Shown here one piece after another: positions 10,401 through 19,925 of a DNA stretch of 64,000 nt (within the stretch, counting starts at the first letter, position 1; each line of letters begins with the position of its first letter). A program made the position numbers and the translations under genes. Where the stretch lies: IMG/VR virus record IMGVR_UViG_3300037155_000096; one strand, written 5' to 3'. Below the pieces are notes generated by a model. It was given only the letters and a program-made list of their open reading frames with translations, made no database searches and was not told where the DNA came from. The stretch comes from a virus.

Positions 10401-11836
10401 TTTATTAAGCCCGCTCCCATTCCACCCATCTTGAATGACGAGAAGACTTCAAGGAATCCTCTTTCGGCTTTCGATGCCCAATCTGTCTTCCCCTTCAGAG
10501 CTTCAATACTTTTGGTGAGCGATATTACTGCGGCCTCTCTGATTCCAAGAGATTTTCTATATGAGTCCGCCCCATCCGATCCCATCGCTAACATCATGTT
10601 GTTACGAGCTGATTCCAGATGTTTTTCCATTTTATCTGTGGACTGCTGAACCATATCCGAAGTCTTCTGTACCATCCCACCTGAATTTACCATCGCTTTA
10701 TTAGTCTGGACGACTATATCTGCAATTCCCTTCACTCCCTTCTCTAAAGTAAAACCGACACCCTTTGCATTATCTCCAAAGTATTCTGCCAGCACAGTGT
10801 TATACATCTTGGTCTTATTAGTATCTCCGTTCAGATTTTCCCGGATTTGAGCTAACTTCTCAATCATAGCTTCCGGACCTTTCTGAATGATCTTCTTATA
10901 GTCATCCACAGAGCCGAACATGCTTATCATCATCGCATCCCCGTTCTTCATCCCGGTCAACGAATTGTAACTGTTAGTCATCTGCGCAAAGAACTGGTTG
11001 GCATCTTTCGTAGCATTCATCATGCCCTGAACCGCCGTTAATGATTCAGCCGCGCTCATTTGTCCAGCTTGCTGGAAAACACTCTGAGCCTTTAAGGACT
11101 GATCCATCAGATCGCTTACCATTTCCTTGGAAACGTTATTCGCCCCCCACATACCAACCAGTTGATCTTCTACGAACTTAGTCTGCGCACCAAACTGGGC
11201 AACATACTCCTGACCAGCATTGTTCAGCTTACCGACCGCAGCCTGCTTGTCATATAACTGTTTGATTTCTTTTTCGGAGAACTTGTACGAAGCTGAAGAC
11301 AGGTTTCCTATGGAGTCCGCGACGTCATCAGCTGTCAGACCATACGTTTCCTTTAACTGTACGGCAAAATCAGTCATATCTTTTAACATCTTAGGATTCT
11401 TAACTGTCTGGGAGAGCTTCGTATAGATATCGGCTACATCTTCTTGGGCGATGCCATATTTTACGGATAGACCGGACATTATTCCGGATATAGAACTTGC
11501 TGAGAAGCTTGTGAATGCAACTATTTTGGTTTGCGCATTATTGACGCCCTTTACCATGTCTGCCATCCCCTCAATCTTGAAGGTATTGCCAGCGAGTCCT
11601 TCTGCTTTGTCGGTAAGTGCGGTAAGGTGAGTCGTCATTCTTTCGATCTTGACGTTCTGAAATGCATTGGCAACAAGGTTCAGCCCATGGATCAGACTGT
11701 TAGTCGGCCTCTTGGCGACTTTTTCCATAGTATTACCCATCTTATCGACAGATTTTTGAATCGTATCGACAGTAGAGGCGGTGTTAACATCCTTAGCCTT
11801 GAAGCTGAACCCAAACCCGTTGAAATTGAACGCCAT
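7484..11836 (-). CDS. Tape measure protein with C-terminal lysozyme-like domain
   Basis: 1450 aa, Ala/Gly-rich helical with W-spaced repeats (KSVDW, KVDW, SIDW, GVDW, KVNW) and hydrophobic stretches. C-terminal MEGG.DSVN.ND...SLGKLQW motif. Follows the tail chaperone. Confidence 0.9.
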   Translation of the reverse strand: MAFNFNGFGFSFKAKDVNTASTVDTIQKSVDKMGNTMEKVAKRPTNSLIHGLNLVANAFQNVKIERMTTHLTALTDKAEGLAGNTFKIEGMADMVKGVNNAQTKIVAFTSFSASSISGIMSGLSVKYGIAQEDVADIYTKLSQTVKNPKMLKDMTDFAVQLKETYGLTADDVADSIGNLSSASYKFSEKEIKQLYDKQAAVGKLNNAGQEYVAQFGAQTKFVEDQLVGMWGANNVSKEMVSDLMDQSLKAQSVFQQAGQMSAAESLTAVQGMMNATKDANQFFAQMTNSYNSLTGMKNGDAMMISMFGSVDDYKKIIQKGPEAMIEKLAQIRENLNGDTNKTKMYNTVLAEYFGDNAKGVGFTLEKGVKGIADIVVQTNKAMVNSGGMVQKTSDMVQQSTDKMEKHLESARNNMMLAMGSDGADSYRKSLGIREAAVISLTKSIEALKGKTDWASKAERGFLEVFSSFKMGGMGAGLIKLGEIFPPLAKILKPLGTMMDGLGITFSDAFMALAGIVVAGKPVINILGKIGDKLSPFLKNAFAGGFLKGLGKIFFWVSLVYYGIRNIIGSVGDLTKIWNDSSKSLEQKVTASMERVGKVVWDTFNDMFFGIPQMLADAFKSKDVDKSLSGLWDAFGDWRKSVDWDGIGQQVLAAMTGVAVWVSTKLSDFWNFLKPDKALADLAKVDWKTFFTKAFASLGGNNGVFTDIWKMFSPTVDAAIGWFKSIDWKKVGNTLVEMISDGLAGAANAAIGFAGAIATWISGVDWSNVGKLLVDGLFLALKLIVIGAGLLTEIVIKWFEKVNWGAAATAIWNLLIAAVNAGFQTIAGMFTEIDKKLSEMFGGWWTAAKVLAGFITLVLTPAIIAYTASVISAGIASTVAFAEKASGAVVQLAGSIVDNLGGAVLRGMGALNRFSGAIGDAWSAVGKFGGMILDNAKKIIAWGISMATTAWEGITTFVGGVWASVTALWAQTTAFLASPMGWVAIAIAAVIAAVVALGVGAYELIKHWDVVSKFFSDIWDGIKIGLDTLWNWIKVGCGIFYDFYIQPWVDIFNFLFGDKGMFTWTKISTFFNGIWEGIKSIGSVIANAIASPFQTAWDTISGIFSWSNIKGMFVKAFQWVVDVMPEWVKKMLGISTGPSGTTNVNITDTSALISKMEGGIDSVNPNDGKEGKQSVSLGKLQWHGNNARYLMGQMRDQDPTYFDNKMGKGFLDGDWSKKTFSESETANYKSLFDDKNMASKYSKVQDNLQTQYVDRYVKLGKSLGLNDEKAIMYFADLANQYGDGRATDIIKSMSDATPGGASQLTIQKMNDLVHLRDDYKDGSTTKRRDAVYKNLSDYNFSTPPDPTINTASADATKTSGTMTTGSGTVTTTSTAPPPDGSPAIVGVQGNAFHQQETDPQTKQMMLDLTNTLKGLQNGMSLSITIDEKGLLKAIRTDAKNQKQDAIMNGVK

Positions 11837-11846
11837 TGACGAATCC

Positions 11847-11999
11847 TTATTTTTTGTATTTCTTTGCTATCAGGTCGAACAGCCGTTTTCTTCTACTGCT
11901 CGGCATTTTCATCACGGATTCGTACTCTATCCCAACATCACCTATTATATTTAATACTTCTGATTCTAGTCTACCAATATCTCCGAGGGGAAGAAAAAA
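11847..11999 (-). CDS. -1 frameshift extension of tail assembly chaperone (G/GT-like)
   Basis: -1 frame opens at slippery T TTT TTC (11999-11993), giving FFLPLGDIGRLESEVL...VMKMPSSRRKRLF; fused product about 295 aa. Confidence 0.7.
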   Translation of the reverse strand, partial: FFLPLGDIGRLESEVLNIIGDVGIEYESVMKMPSSRRKRLFDLIAKKYKK

Positions 12000-12733
12000 C
12001 TTGCCTGCATCAGCTGCAGATCTGTATCGAAATCTTTTCCATCTAACGGATCTGTTGCTGTAATCGTGGTATCCACACCTACGTCCCATTTCTGAGTGGC
12101 AGTTCGGATTGTGTTCCTATTTCTCAATGATAATTTCTGAACATCTTCAATCGAGGCTGGCTTTCCGTTCAGAGATTCAATTCTGATCATCATACCGGAA
12201 GTAAGCCTTGTCTTGCTATTCTTAATAGTCGAAAGGAGTCCTTCATCATGACCAGTCGCCAATTTCAATACCACTTCACCGCCATCTGTTAATGGAACGG
12301 TCATGGTTCTTATATTCTTATCTTCCAATTTCTTGAGTTCAAGAGTATTCAGATCCACCGTTGCTTTGAATGGTACTTTTTCATCGCTTGGACATTGCAG
12401 GTCCATTACGAAATTCTGATCGAGTGAAAGAACTCTCAACCGGATGAACAGAAATATTCTATCGCCCATCGCAAGGTTCTTGACAATCGCTTTCAAATGG
12501 TTATTATCTGTAATCGGCTTTGTATCAGGTACTGAACTTTCCAGAGATATGATACAATTTGCCAATACTCTTGTTATTTTGTCTGAAGCCGAGGCATTCT
12601 CTTCTGCCAGGATATCTTCTTCTTTTCCACTGATTTCTGTGAGCTGCACTTTATCGTAAAGGATTTTGTCAACCATTACTCCTGCTAATAATTCTTCCAT
12701 AGCCGTTGGGCTTTTTATGTTATCTACTGACAT
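11966..12733 (-). CDS. Tail/baseplate assembly chaperone (T4 gp26-like)
   Basis: GDRIFLFIRLRVLS...DLQCP motif; lies between tail tube and tape measure genes. Confidence 0.7.
   Translation of the reverse strand: MSVDNIKSPTAMEELLAGVMVDKILYDKVQLTEISGKEEDILAEENASASDKITRVLANCIISLESSVPDTKPITDNNHLKAIVKNLAMGDRIFLFIRLRVLSLDQNFVMDLQCPSDEKVPFKATVDLNTLELKKLEDKNIRTMTVPLTDGGEVVLKLATGHDEGLLSTIKNSKTRLTSGMMIRIESLNGKPASIEDVQKLSLRNRNTIRTATQKWDVGVDTTITATDPLDGKDFDTDLQLMQASFFFPSEILVD
11993..11999 (-). promoter_or_regulatory. Putative -1 programmed ribosomal frameshift heptamer TTTTTTC
   Basis: In-frame X XXY YYZ heptamer 9 codons before the chaperone stop; the -1 frame is open to 11847. Confidence 0.7.
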
Positions 12734-12759
12734 ACGTACTCCTAAGTTTTATAATCAAT

Positions 12760-13362
12760 TTATAATGCTACATTTACACCGATGAGAGCCCCTAAATCCA
12801 GGAGTCCCAATTCATCTATATCTCTTGGTGCCAACTCAAGCTCCTGAATGGAAATCGCCGATGAGTTTGCGTCAAAGTCTGCACCCGGCTTGTATCTTAC
12901 CGGGATCGTGTCTTTCAAGTACCACGCCTTAAATGGTACTCTCGGATTATCGACCATGCCAATGCCCGTGTGAGCGCCCGTGCTAACGCCTATCGCGTTG
13001 TGAAACCAAACCAGAACCAAATCTCTGCGGAACACTTCTGAATTAGCTTTTCCGCTTGCCGTCATTCGGATCCAATTAAAGAACTCTTTGTCCACCACAT
13101 AAACTGCTCTAGTGAGCGTTATGTTATTAACTGCTGCGCCAATGACCACCCTGATCGCCGTATCCAGCGTTCCTTCGTTTATCTCATCTAACGTCAACGT
13201 ATATTCGGGCATGGTTATCGACTGCGCACCGAGCACCGCCGAATAAGGAAGCCTCAGAGGCAGTAACGCCTCTGAAGCATCATAACCATTTCCAAATGAC
13301 GGGACATCGAAGATCATAAACTTGCTCGACTGAGCAGGATCTGTCAGGTTAGCCCTTGCCAT
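12760..13362 (-). CDS. Tail tube protein paralog 2 (T4 gp19-like)
   Basis: DPAQSSKFMI, ITMPE, ITLTRAV, FFNW, RRDLVLV, DFDANSSAISIQELELA. Confidence 0.85.
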   Translation of the reverse strand: MARANLTDPAQSSKFMIFDVPSFGNGYDASEALLPLRLPYSAVLGAQSITMPEYTLTLDEINEGTLDTAIRVVIGAAVNNITLTRAVYVVDKEFFNWIRMTASGKANSEVFRRDLVLVWFHNAIGVSTGAHTGIGMVDNPRVPFKAWYLKDTIPVRYKPGADFDANSSAISIQELELAPRDIDELGLLDLGALIGVNVAL

Positions 13363-13364
13363 TG

Positions 13365-13853
13365 TTATCCTGTTGCTCTAATGAAGGTTGCGCCACCATC
13401 ATTGCTGAAGCTAAAATCTTCATACTGAATATCCATTTCTTCAACTGAGACGTCATTACCATTCGCATCGAGATCTGCGCCCATCTTAGCGCGGAGTCCA
13501 AACGCTTCATGCAGTATGTACGGCATTTTCGTTCCATCTCTGTGAGTCAACGTGATTGTTACATCAGTCCTGTAAGCTTGTCCAAGGATTGACTTCTGGA
13601 CCAAATCAAATAAAGCTGAATCTTTCTTCATCAGCCCTCTTGTCAGGGTACAGTCGTTAACGCCCGGATTACCAGGATATTTCTGTTTAATTTTCATTAA
13701 ACCGGTTTTGTACTCCGCAGCTTCTACCGTAAGCTCGGGGAGCGCGCAGGTCATGAAACCCGCGCTTATCATTTCTCCACTTCCGTCAGGGTTCGGTATG
13801 CTTACCGAAAACTTGAAGGTCTGGTAGGGATCTGTTGCCAATGCTCTAGCCAC
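13365..13853 (-). CDS. Tail tube protein (T4 gp19-like)
   Basis: DPYQTFKFSV, GFMTCALPE, YKTG, KYPG, TLTRGL, DLDANGNDVSVEEMDIQYE. Confidence 0.9.
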   Translation of the reverse strand: MARALATDPYQTFKFSVSIPNPDGSGEMISAGFMTCALPELTVEAAEYKTGLMKIKQKYPGNPGVNDCTLTRGLMKKDSALFDLVQKSILGQAYRTDVTITLTHRDGTKMPYILHEAFGLRAKMGADLDANGNDVSVEEMDIQYEDFSFSNDGGATFIRATG

Positions 13854-13882
13854 TATTTTATCTCCTTCTACTAATTAAAAAA

Positions 13883-15343
13883 TTATTTCAATGTTTTCTG
13901 TCTTAACCTGTGTCTGATGAATTCAGCGGGTTTCGATGGAGCGATACCATAGTCGATGATAAGCTCGCCGTCGCCTTCCGAATCTTCAGTGTTATTGCTA
14001 CCGTCGCATACTATGAAGAAAGACTCTGCTGGTGTTTTGCCTGCAAAATATTTCTCATTATGCCATCCAAGGAACAATGAGTACATCTGAGTGAACACTT
14101 GCAACTGAAGGTCAGCTGTGTTGTTCTCAAAGTTTACCCACATAGAACCGTTTCCGACCTTTTTCTCAACGAATTGGAAAAGTCTTTCGTGGTTCACGTA
14201 GATCCACTGAGGATCAAGCGATGTAGTTCTGCAACCCCATACGCATGTGCCGTGAGCACTATCAGAAACAAGTGGATTAACTCTGTTGACGTACAATGTA
14301 CCAACGTCTCCTGGAGTCGTATTGGTTGCCATGGTCGGTGTGAAGCTGAGACCAGTTATACCTCTTATAGCACCATCGATGATTCCTGCAGGGTTCTTGC
14401 CAACGTTCTTGTTAGCATCAGTCCTTGCATAAATACCGGCTATATGTCCGATTGGACTCATGGTCTTTGTTCTTCCCTGGAGTAAATCGTAAACCTTTAC
14501 GAACGGCCAGTAACAAGCTGATTTCTGAGAATTGGTTACTGTTTTCCTGAAAGCCACAGCTGCTGCAACTGTAGAAGTGACCAATGTCGGAGAATAAGGA
14601 ACAAATACATCCCGTCTTCCTTCTGCGTATGTAATCAATGCACTTGTAGTAGCTGCATCGGTTGCGTCAGGAGCGATCAGTAAATAATTCGAATCTACAC
14701 AAGCATCAAATCTGCTTGCGCCGACTACCAAAGCAGCCTGGATTTCGGTTAAGCCGATTGCTGCACCATCGTTTCCGTTCGCCAAGGTATATACTGCCGC
14801 TACTGCTGAGCCTGTACCGGTTATATTTACTATCTGGCAAGCTGGATTCAGGAGATTCGCTACATAATTTGCCGCAGTGGTTTCACCGGACTCAAATGTT
14901 ACGTTCTCATACTTGTCTGCGACATTTCCGGAAGCATCCTTGATAGTGACATCAAAATGTGCGGATGTGTCGGCATTGGCAACAAGCGTAACGGTGTAGC
15001 CATTATACTTAGTACCTTTATTAACGGCTTTAATTGTCCAGCCTGTCATGGCTGTTGAATCAGCCTGTCTGGCGCCAACAGATGTTATTCTGAGGGGCAG
15101 AACTGTCTGACCGCCGTTATCAAAAAATCCTTTAATGGCATAGCCATTTTCAGATGTAGTGTTCAGACCGCCGTAATTTCTGTCGAATTCAGCCCAACTG
15201 TTTACTGCTACGGGGACACCACTGTCCGGACCGTCAGTAAAATAGCCGGGAACCATTAAGGTTGCAGTCGCTACTCCCTGGACAGGTGTTGAGCCACCAG
15301 GAAGCCTTTCGAAATATTGACCTGCGCCAAGATACTTACTCAT
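13883..15343 (-). CDS. Tail sheath protein
   Basis: N-terminal YLGAGQYFERL; ACYWPFVKV, GHIAGIYARTD, RVNPL, VWGCRT, YVNHERLF, IDYGIAPSKPAEFI. Confidence 0.95.
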   Translation of the reverse strand: MSKYLGAGQYFERLPGGSTPVQGVATATLMVPGYFTDGPDSGVPVAVNSWAEFDRNYGGLNTTSENGYAIKGFFDNGGQTVLPLRITSVGARQADSTAMTGWTIKAVNKGTKYNGYTVTLVANADTSAHFDVTIKDASGNVADKYENVTFESGETTAANYVANLLNPACQIVNITGTGSAVAAVYTLANGNDGAAIGLTEIQAALVVGASRFDACVDSNYLLIAPDATDAATTSALITYAEGRRDVFVPYSPTLVTSTVAAAVAFRKTVTNSQKSACYWPFVKVYDLLQGRTKTMSPIGHIAGIYARTDANKNVGKNPAGIIDGAIRGITGLSFTPTMATNTTPGDVGTLYVNRVNPLVSDSAHGTCVWGCRTTSLDPQWIYVNHERLFQFVEKKVGNGSMWVNFENNTADLQLQVFTQMYSLFLGWHNEKYFAGKTPAESFFIVCDGSNNTEDSEGDGELIIDYGIAPSKPAEFIRHRLRQKTLK

Positions 15344-15879
15344 GTTGTTTCTCCATTATTTATTAGATTATTCTCTTTTAGCCATTTCGTCAGGACCTCT
15401 ACCATCCCCGCCTTATTGGCGCCGGGCTGAAAAGTAATTCCCTTCAATTCTGCAAATTCTTTCAGAGTATTTTTTGTCTCTCTCACGAAGAACTGTTCCC
15501 ACTCTTCCTGAGTCTTTGCCAGAAACACTTCTGGCTCTTTAATTTCTTTTTCTTCTGCATTCACAACTTCATTCAGTGCTTCTGCTGCTTCGAATGTCTC
15601 ATCAATCAGGATCTCTTCAGCTTTAGGGACGATTATCAACCTTGGCGGATTGTCCTTGATTTCAACTGGCTGCGGCACGGGTTCGATTGTTATCGCATTC
15701 GCGTCAAACTCACCCGAGATTACTACGTAATGTTTTCCGTTGCTGTAGTCCGGATTCAATTCCTCGAATGACACCTGATTCGTTTTAACATGGATCACTC
15801 CATTCAGTCCAACCGGAATCCCCTTCTTGTCCATAGTATTTACGAACAGCGCGGAATCACTTATATTCATTATCTTCAT
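15340..15879 (-). CDS. Hypothetical protein with C-terminal HeH/Rho-N-like domain
   Basis: TKNTLKEFAELKGI...ANKAGMVEVL helix-extension-helix pattern. Confidence 0.45.
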   Translation of the reverse strand: MKIMNISDSALFVNTMDKKGIPVGLNGVIHVKTNQVSFEELNPDYSNGKHYVVISGEFDANAITIEPVPQPVEIKDNPPRLIIVPKAEEILIDETFEAAEALNEVVNAEEKEIKEPEVFLAKTQEEWEQFFVRETKNTLKEFAELKGITFQPGANKAGMVEVLTKWLKENNLINNGETT

Positions 15880-15888
15880 TGCATATCC

Positions 15889-16851
15889 TTATATAATCAC
15901 GAAGTCTATTTCTGTACCCGCCGGAATGTCCATGTGGAACGAAACATGCGAGGTATCTTCTTCTTTATAATCGCCGAGCTTGCCAGCACTATCTGGTCTC
16001 AGGTATTCATTGTCCACAAATACAAGCAGTGACGTTTTCAGACCAGCCGATAGCTGGTAGTCCATTGGGACAGTAACTAAGGTATCTTGTCTGATCGGTT
16101 CCAGAACTTCTATCCTGGCTCTGCTTCCCGAACCTCCTATTACTCCCCGATTAGCTTTGACTACATAGGGTAAACGTGGCGGGGTTACTCCTGGCTGAGC
16201 TGGATCCATCAGACCGCCTCTTAAAGCAACCTGTCTGATAATCTTACCCTCGACTTCTTCGTCCCATATATCAACTTCTGCCTGCACCATAACTGTAATG
16301 CCCCATCCGATGACTCTGTTCGTAAGGCTTGCTACTTCATCCAGTTTACTGCTTCCAGTATAGAACGCTGAATAAGTTCTGCCTATTCCCAAACTGTCAA
16401 CAACCGATATGCTAACGTCCCTCAGTATCGGTTTCATTACTGAACTATAAAACTTCTGCGCCAGATCCCTATAACGGTCGTACACATTGATCGTATACGT
16501 AATGTCGCAGGCTGATGCTGCCTTCTTCGATAGATAAGACGTATATCCTATCTGACCGCCTATAGCTATTGCCTCAGCTCCTGGAGACGGAACCCTGTAT
16601 TCAAGTTTCCCGCGATTAGATCTCGCAGGACTGAAATCAGGATCATCTCTGGATATGGTCATGCATGGAATTATTCCAGCCTTCAACATCTGCTCTGGAT
16701 TCTCAAACGAAACGGGTATATTCGGCGTGAGACCGTCAATGTTCAGCACGAAGGATTTCCCGAGGACCGTTGCCCCCAGAGATTTCACCAAACCGACATC
16801 GAAGGTCTCAAGTCCCACATAACCGATTCTATTTCCAAATACAGTGCTCAT
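15889..16851 (-). CDS. Tail terminator / sheath stabiliser (T4 gp15-like)
   Basis: DITYTINVYDRYRDLAQKFYSSVMKP pattern and position upstream of sheath. Confidence 0.55.
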   Translation of the reverse strand: MSTVFGNRIGYVGLETFDVGLVKSLGATVLGKSFVLNIDGLTPNIPVSFENPEQMLKAGIIPCMTISRDDPDFSPARSNRGKLEYRVPSPGAEAIAIGGQIGYTSYLSKKAASACDITYTINVYDRYRDLAQKFYSSVMKPILRDVSISVVDSLGIGRTYSAFYTGSSKLDEVASLTNRVIGWGITVMVQAEVDIWDEEVEGKIIRQVALRGGLMDPAQPGVTPPRLPYVVKANRGVIGGSGSRARIEVLEPIRQDTLVTVPMDYQLSAGLKTSLLVFVDNEYLRPDSAGKLGDYKEEDTSHVSFHMDIPAGTEIDFVII

Positions 16852-17615
16852 TATCCGTTCAGTTTCTCAATTATTTTTCCAAAATTTTCCAGTACATTTT
16901 CAAAATTTGAAGCTGCTGCTGTAACTGTCTTAGCAAACTTTCCCTTTACTCTCTGCTGTGCCCTATTCGGTGAGCCCCATTTCTTATGGTTCGCATTGAT
17001 GCTCTTCAAATAAAGCTTGCCGGTCTTAGGATGCTTCTTTATCCATCTACGTTTTCCATACAATGACCATACTGTCGCATTAGGCTTGCCTAGAACGGGG
17101 AATCTTCCATTAGCTCCGTGCCATGGATTATCTTCACCCAGCTTATTTTTTGCTAATTTTTCTTTGACTTTTTTTTTATCAATTTTGCATTCAGCCACGC
17201 CTTCAGGAACGATGTTATATTCGTTGCCGTCTTCATCTGTAGCGATACAGAAGGTTGCTTTGCATGAGCTGACAGTCAGCATAGTGTCATCATCCAGTTC
17301 AATTTCATCGCCGACCTGAAGTGTCAGATAGTCTTCCTGGCTGATCTGCAGTGTTTCTTCATCGACCTCATCATCGTTAGGATCTACGTCTGAAACAATC
17401 TGGACTTCATCCCCGTCCTCATCTTCCGCCGTAATAGTGTCATCCTCGACTTTCTTTACGGTAAGAATCGTTCCGTCGTCCAATTCAACTCCGTCGCCTA
17501 CTCCTAACTGTTCAAAATCTTCTGCCGGGATCGACATGGTTAATTCGTCCAACGCTTTTCTGTTTTTGAGTTCTGCAAAGTTCATCTCATTTCTCCTAAA
17601 TAATTTTCTTTTCAA
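16851..17615 (-). CDS. Hypothetical virion protein with duplicated acidic beta domain and NPxHxxxGRF motif
   Basis: Internal repeat EDFEQLGVGDGVELDDGTILTV / EDYLTLQVGDEIELDDDTMLTV; NPWHGANGRF near the C-terminus. Confidence 0.5.
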   Translation of the reverse strand: MKRKLFRRNEMNFAELKNRKALDELTMSIPAEDFEQLGVGDGVELDDGTILTVKKVEDDTITAEDEDGDEVQIVSDVDPNDDEVDEETLQISQEDYLTLQVGDEIELDDDTMLTVSSCKATFCIATDEDGNEYNIVPEGVAECKIDKKKVKEKLAKNKLGEDNPWHGANGRFPVLGKPNATVWSLYGKRRWIKKHPKTGKLYLKSINANHKKWGSPNRAQQRVKGKFAKTVTAAASNFENVLENFGKIIEKLNG

Positions 17616-18336
17616 AGTCTTTTAATTCTTCCACCTTCTTCTCGTCGATGGTGTTGAGCATCTTGGCTCTATTTAACTTACCTTCACCAAATAATTCGTT
17701 GTTCGTGACCGCCTTATCCGCAAACCGCTTAATCTCTTTTGCCACCTTCGCCCAATGAGGTCTGTGAGGATACCCAGGCAAGCCGTATTCGAGCCTTAGC
17801 AGAGAGAACAGTACATCTACATGCACTTCCTTGATTCTATTCAGCTGACCGTCATGCTTAACTCTTAATTCGTTCAGCGTCTCCCTGGTTGTCAGGTTAT
17901 CTTCGAGCACCTCTTCTCTTTCGAACTTGGTAGCTCTTCTCATAACCGGCTCAATGCCTTCTGGAATCTCCGTTACAAATCCAATTACAAAGGGACTGTT
18001 GACTATCAGGAAATCACCGTATGGTGAAACTTTGTTCGGATCTTTCTGAACGAATACGAGAACATCTATCTCTTTATTCAAGTTTCCGGAACTCATTATC
18101 AGCTCATTCGAGATCAGAGCTGAGTCATTCGTTCCTTCCACACTTACCACTTCCAATGTTTCCAAGTAATGCTTGAACTCTGGATCTAACACTGATCTGA
18201 ATACCTCTTCCATCGCCATTTCGGCAACGTCTTGTGTCACTAATTGTAAGAACTGATCCATCCTTTTATCGAACTTCTTAGCGAAGTCCTTAAACCGCCT
18301 GACCTCTTTCTGGTCAAGTTTCATTTCAAATTTCAA
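17596..18336 (-). CDS. Hypothetical neck/tail-completion region protein
   Basis: Long coupled ORF; C-terminal GLPGYPHRPHW resembles the tail-completion 'RP.W' ending. Confidence 0.4.
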   Translation of the reverse strand: MKFEMKLDQKEVRRFKDFAKKFDKRMDQFLQLVTQDVAEMAMEEVFRSVLDPEFKHYLETLEVVSVEGTNDSALISNELIMSSGNLNKEIDVLVFVQKDPNKVSPYGDFLIVNSPFVIGFVTEIPEGIEPVMRRATKFEREEVLEDNLTTRETLNELRVKHDGQLNRIKEVHVDVLFSLLRLEYGLPGYPHRPHWAKVAKEIKRFADKAVTNNELFGEGKLNRAKMLNTIDEKKVEELKDFEKKII

Positions 18337-18338
18337 TG

Positions 18339-18845
18339 CTATTTCGCCAGATATTTTGCGTAAACTTTATCTCTGATCGCTTTAATGAACTCCGCTCCCT
18401 GCAACTGCATCAACGGGGCCAGAGCTTTATTAAGTCCGCTTATCTTTGATAGCTGACCAGCTGCCGAGGAACTACCGCTTTTCATCCCCATGGACATTTC
18501 TTTCTTGGCATCCTTAACAACATCGCCAGCTTTGGCATCTTTACCGTTGGCTGCTTTAATGTCATCGACACTGTAGCCGGTGGCTCTTTTCAAATACGCT
18601 TTGAATACCTGAGTAACTCCGCCGTATGCTTTGCCGTCGCCCTTGATTGTATCGGGATCTTTATCACCGACATATCTTGCAACTGCTGCCCACCATATAG
18701 CTTCATAGCCCTTTACCCATGATGGAGGCTTTATTTCACTTTTAATTTCTTCCGCTAAGGACTTGCGTAGTTTGATACCTGCTATGGTATCTTCAAGTAT
18801 TACGTTTAGCCCAGCCGTCGCACTCAATGCTTCGAATTCCTTCAT
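18339..18845 (-). CDS. Hypothetical protein (head/neck region)
   Basis: 168-aa ORF in operon; no recognisable motif. Confidence 0.5.
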   Translation of the reverse strand: MKEFEALSATAGLNVILEDTIAGIKLRKSLAEEIKSEIKPPSWVKGYEAIWWAAVARYVGDKDPDTIKGDGKAYGGVTQVFKAYLKRATGYSVDDIKAANGKDAKAGDVVKDAKKEMSMGMKSGSSSAAGQLSKISGLNKALAPLMQLQGAEFIKAIRDKVYAKYLAK

Positions 18846-19399
18846 CTCAATTTCTCCGATATGTTTTCAATGACCTCGGTAAGCGCAATATTCAATTTCA
18901 GTATCGAACGGTCCTCATCAATTTTTCTTAATCTCATCAGGGAATTCTGTAAGTACGTTAACAGTCTTTCTGAGCTCTCCATTCTGGAGATTCTCTTGAG
19001 GGCTTTATTCTTTGTGAAGTTATCTACCTTGCTCTCCTGTAAAACATTCATAGACGCCGAAACAATCGCTTGTGGGGCAGCTCCTTCCTTAGCCAACTGA
19101 GAACTGATCTTCCAAAGGCTCTCAAAAGCATTCAAATGGGTTTGCAGACTTTCTACTTCGACTTTAGCAATGAAGCTATTCGCATCCATTTTAATAAACT
19201 GATCTATTCCGACCGCCTTGAACGTGTCGAGAATATGCTTGCTTTCGAATTCTTCTTTTTCTACTGGCCTGATTTCAAACTCTGAGAAACCGCCTACTTC
19301 CTTGCCGGATTCAAACTTTGCAGCCAATCGGTTGAACTTGTCTGACCTGCAGACGACTCCATACCCATATTTACCGTGATGAACTACCGTTCCTATCAT
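18842..19399 (-). CDS. Hypothetical protein with N-terminal SH3/KOW-like strand pattern
   Basis: GTVVHHGKYGYGVV pattern; coupled by ATGA overlap. Confidence 0.45.
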   Translation of the reverse strand: MIGTVVHHGKYGYGVVCRSDKFNRLAAKFESGKEVGGFSEFEIRPVEKEEFESKHILDTFKAVGIDQFIKMDANSFIAKVEVESLQTHLNAFESLWKISSQLAKEGAAPQAIVSASMNVLQESKVDNFTKNKALKRISRMESSERLLTYLQNSLMRLRKIDEDRSILKLNIALTEVIENISEKLR

Positions 19400-19415
19400 A
19401 CCATTACTCTCCTTG

Positions 19416-19925
19416 TTACCAAGAAATATTATCTATTTTGGTTTTTCCGTATGCCGAGACGGCTTTTGTAATTACTTTTGTTATTTGCTTTTTCGCTTTC
19501 AGAAGTGCTTTCTTCAAGTCTCCCTCAAAATCCAGATCTATTCTCTCAAGAATATTTATGCTTCTGCCGCCATAGGACGGGGAACTCATCTTGGGATTGC
19601 TTGGACCGGATATTCCATCTACTGCTCTTAGATCCGCATATTGAAACGCTTGGTTAGCTTGCGTACTGTAAGGTGTGTCGGCAGCTCCCTTGATATACAA
19701 CTGTCCGCCTATTTTGATTGGCTTAACGAAGCCCGTGCCGGTGAAATCATAGCCGTCTTTTTTCATGCTGTAACAGAAATCCGCATACATGCTTCTGACT
19801 ATGAATGCCTCAAAGTCCCGGTAGGATTCGACCCCCGAAGAGTCCATACTTGAAACGGCTTTAGCCATATCGCATTCAACTAATGCTATGGCATCTCCGA
19901 GCTTCTTGTTCAATTCTTCTAACAT
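19416..19925 (-). CDS. Hypothetical protein
   Basis: 169-aa ORF on the coding strand. Confidence 0.5.
   Translation of the reverse strand: MLEELNKKLGDAIALVECDMAKAVSSMDSSGVESYRDFEAFIVRSMYADFCYSMKKDGYDFTGTGFVKPIKIGGQLYIKGAADTPYSTQANQAFQYADLRAVDGISGPSNPKMSSPSYGGRSINILERIDLDFEGDLKKALLKAKKQITKVITKAVSAYGKTKIDNISW

Noticed and set aside
571-15343. Tail cluster as an extracellular contractile injection system or T6SS
   Set aside because: Portal, capsid, protease, terminase and replication genes are contiguous, so this is a phage.
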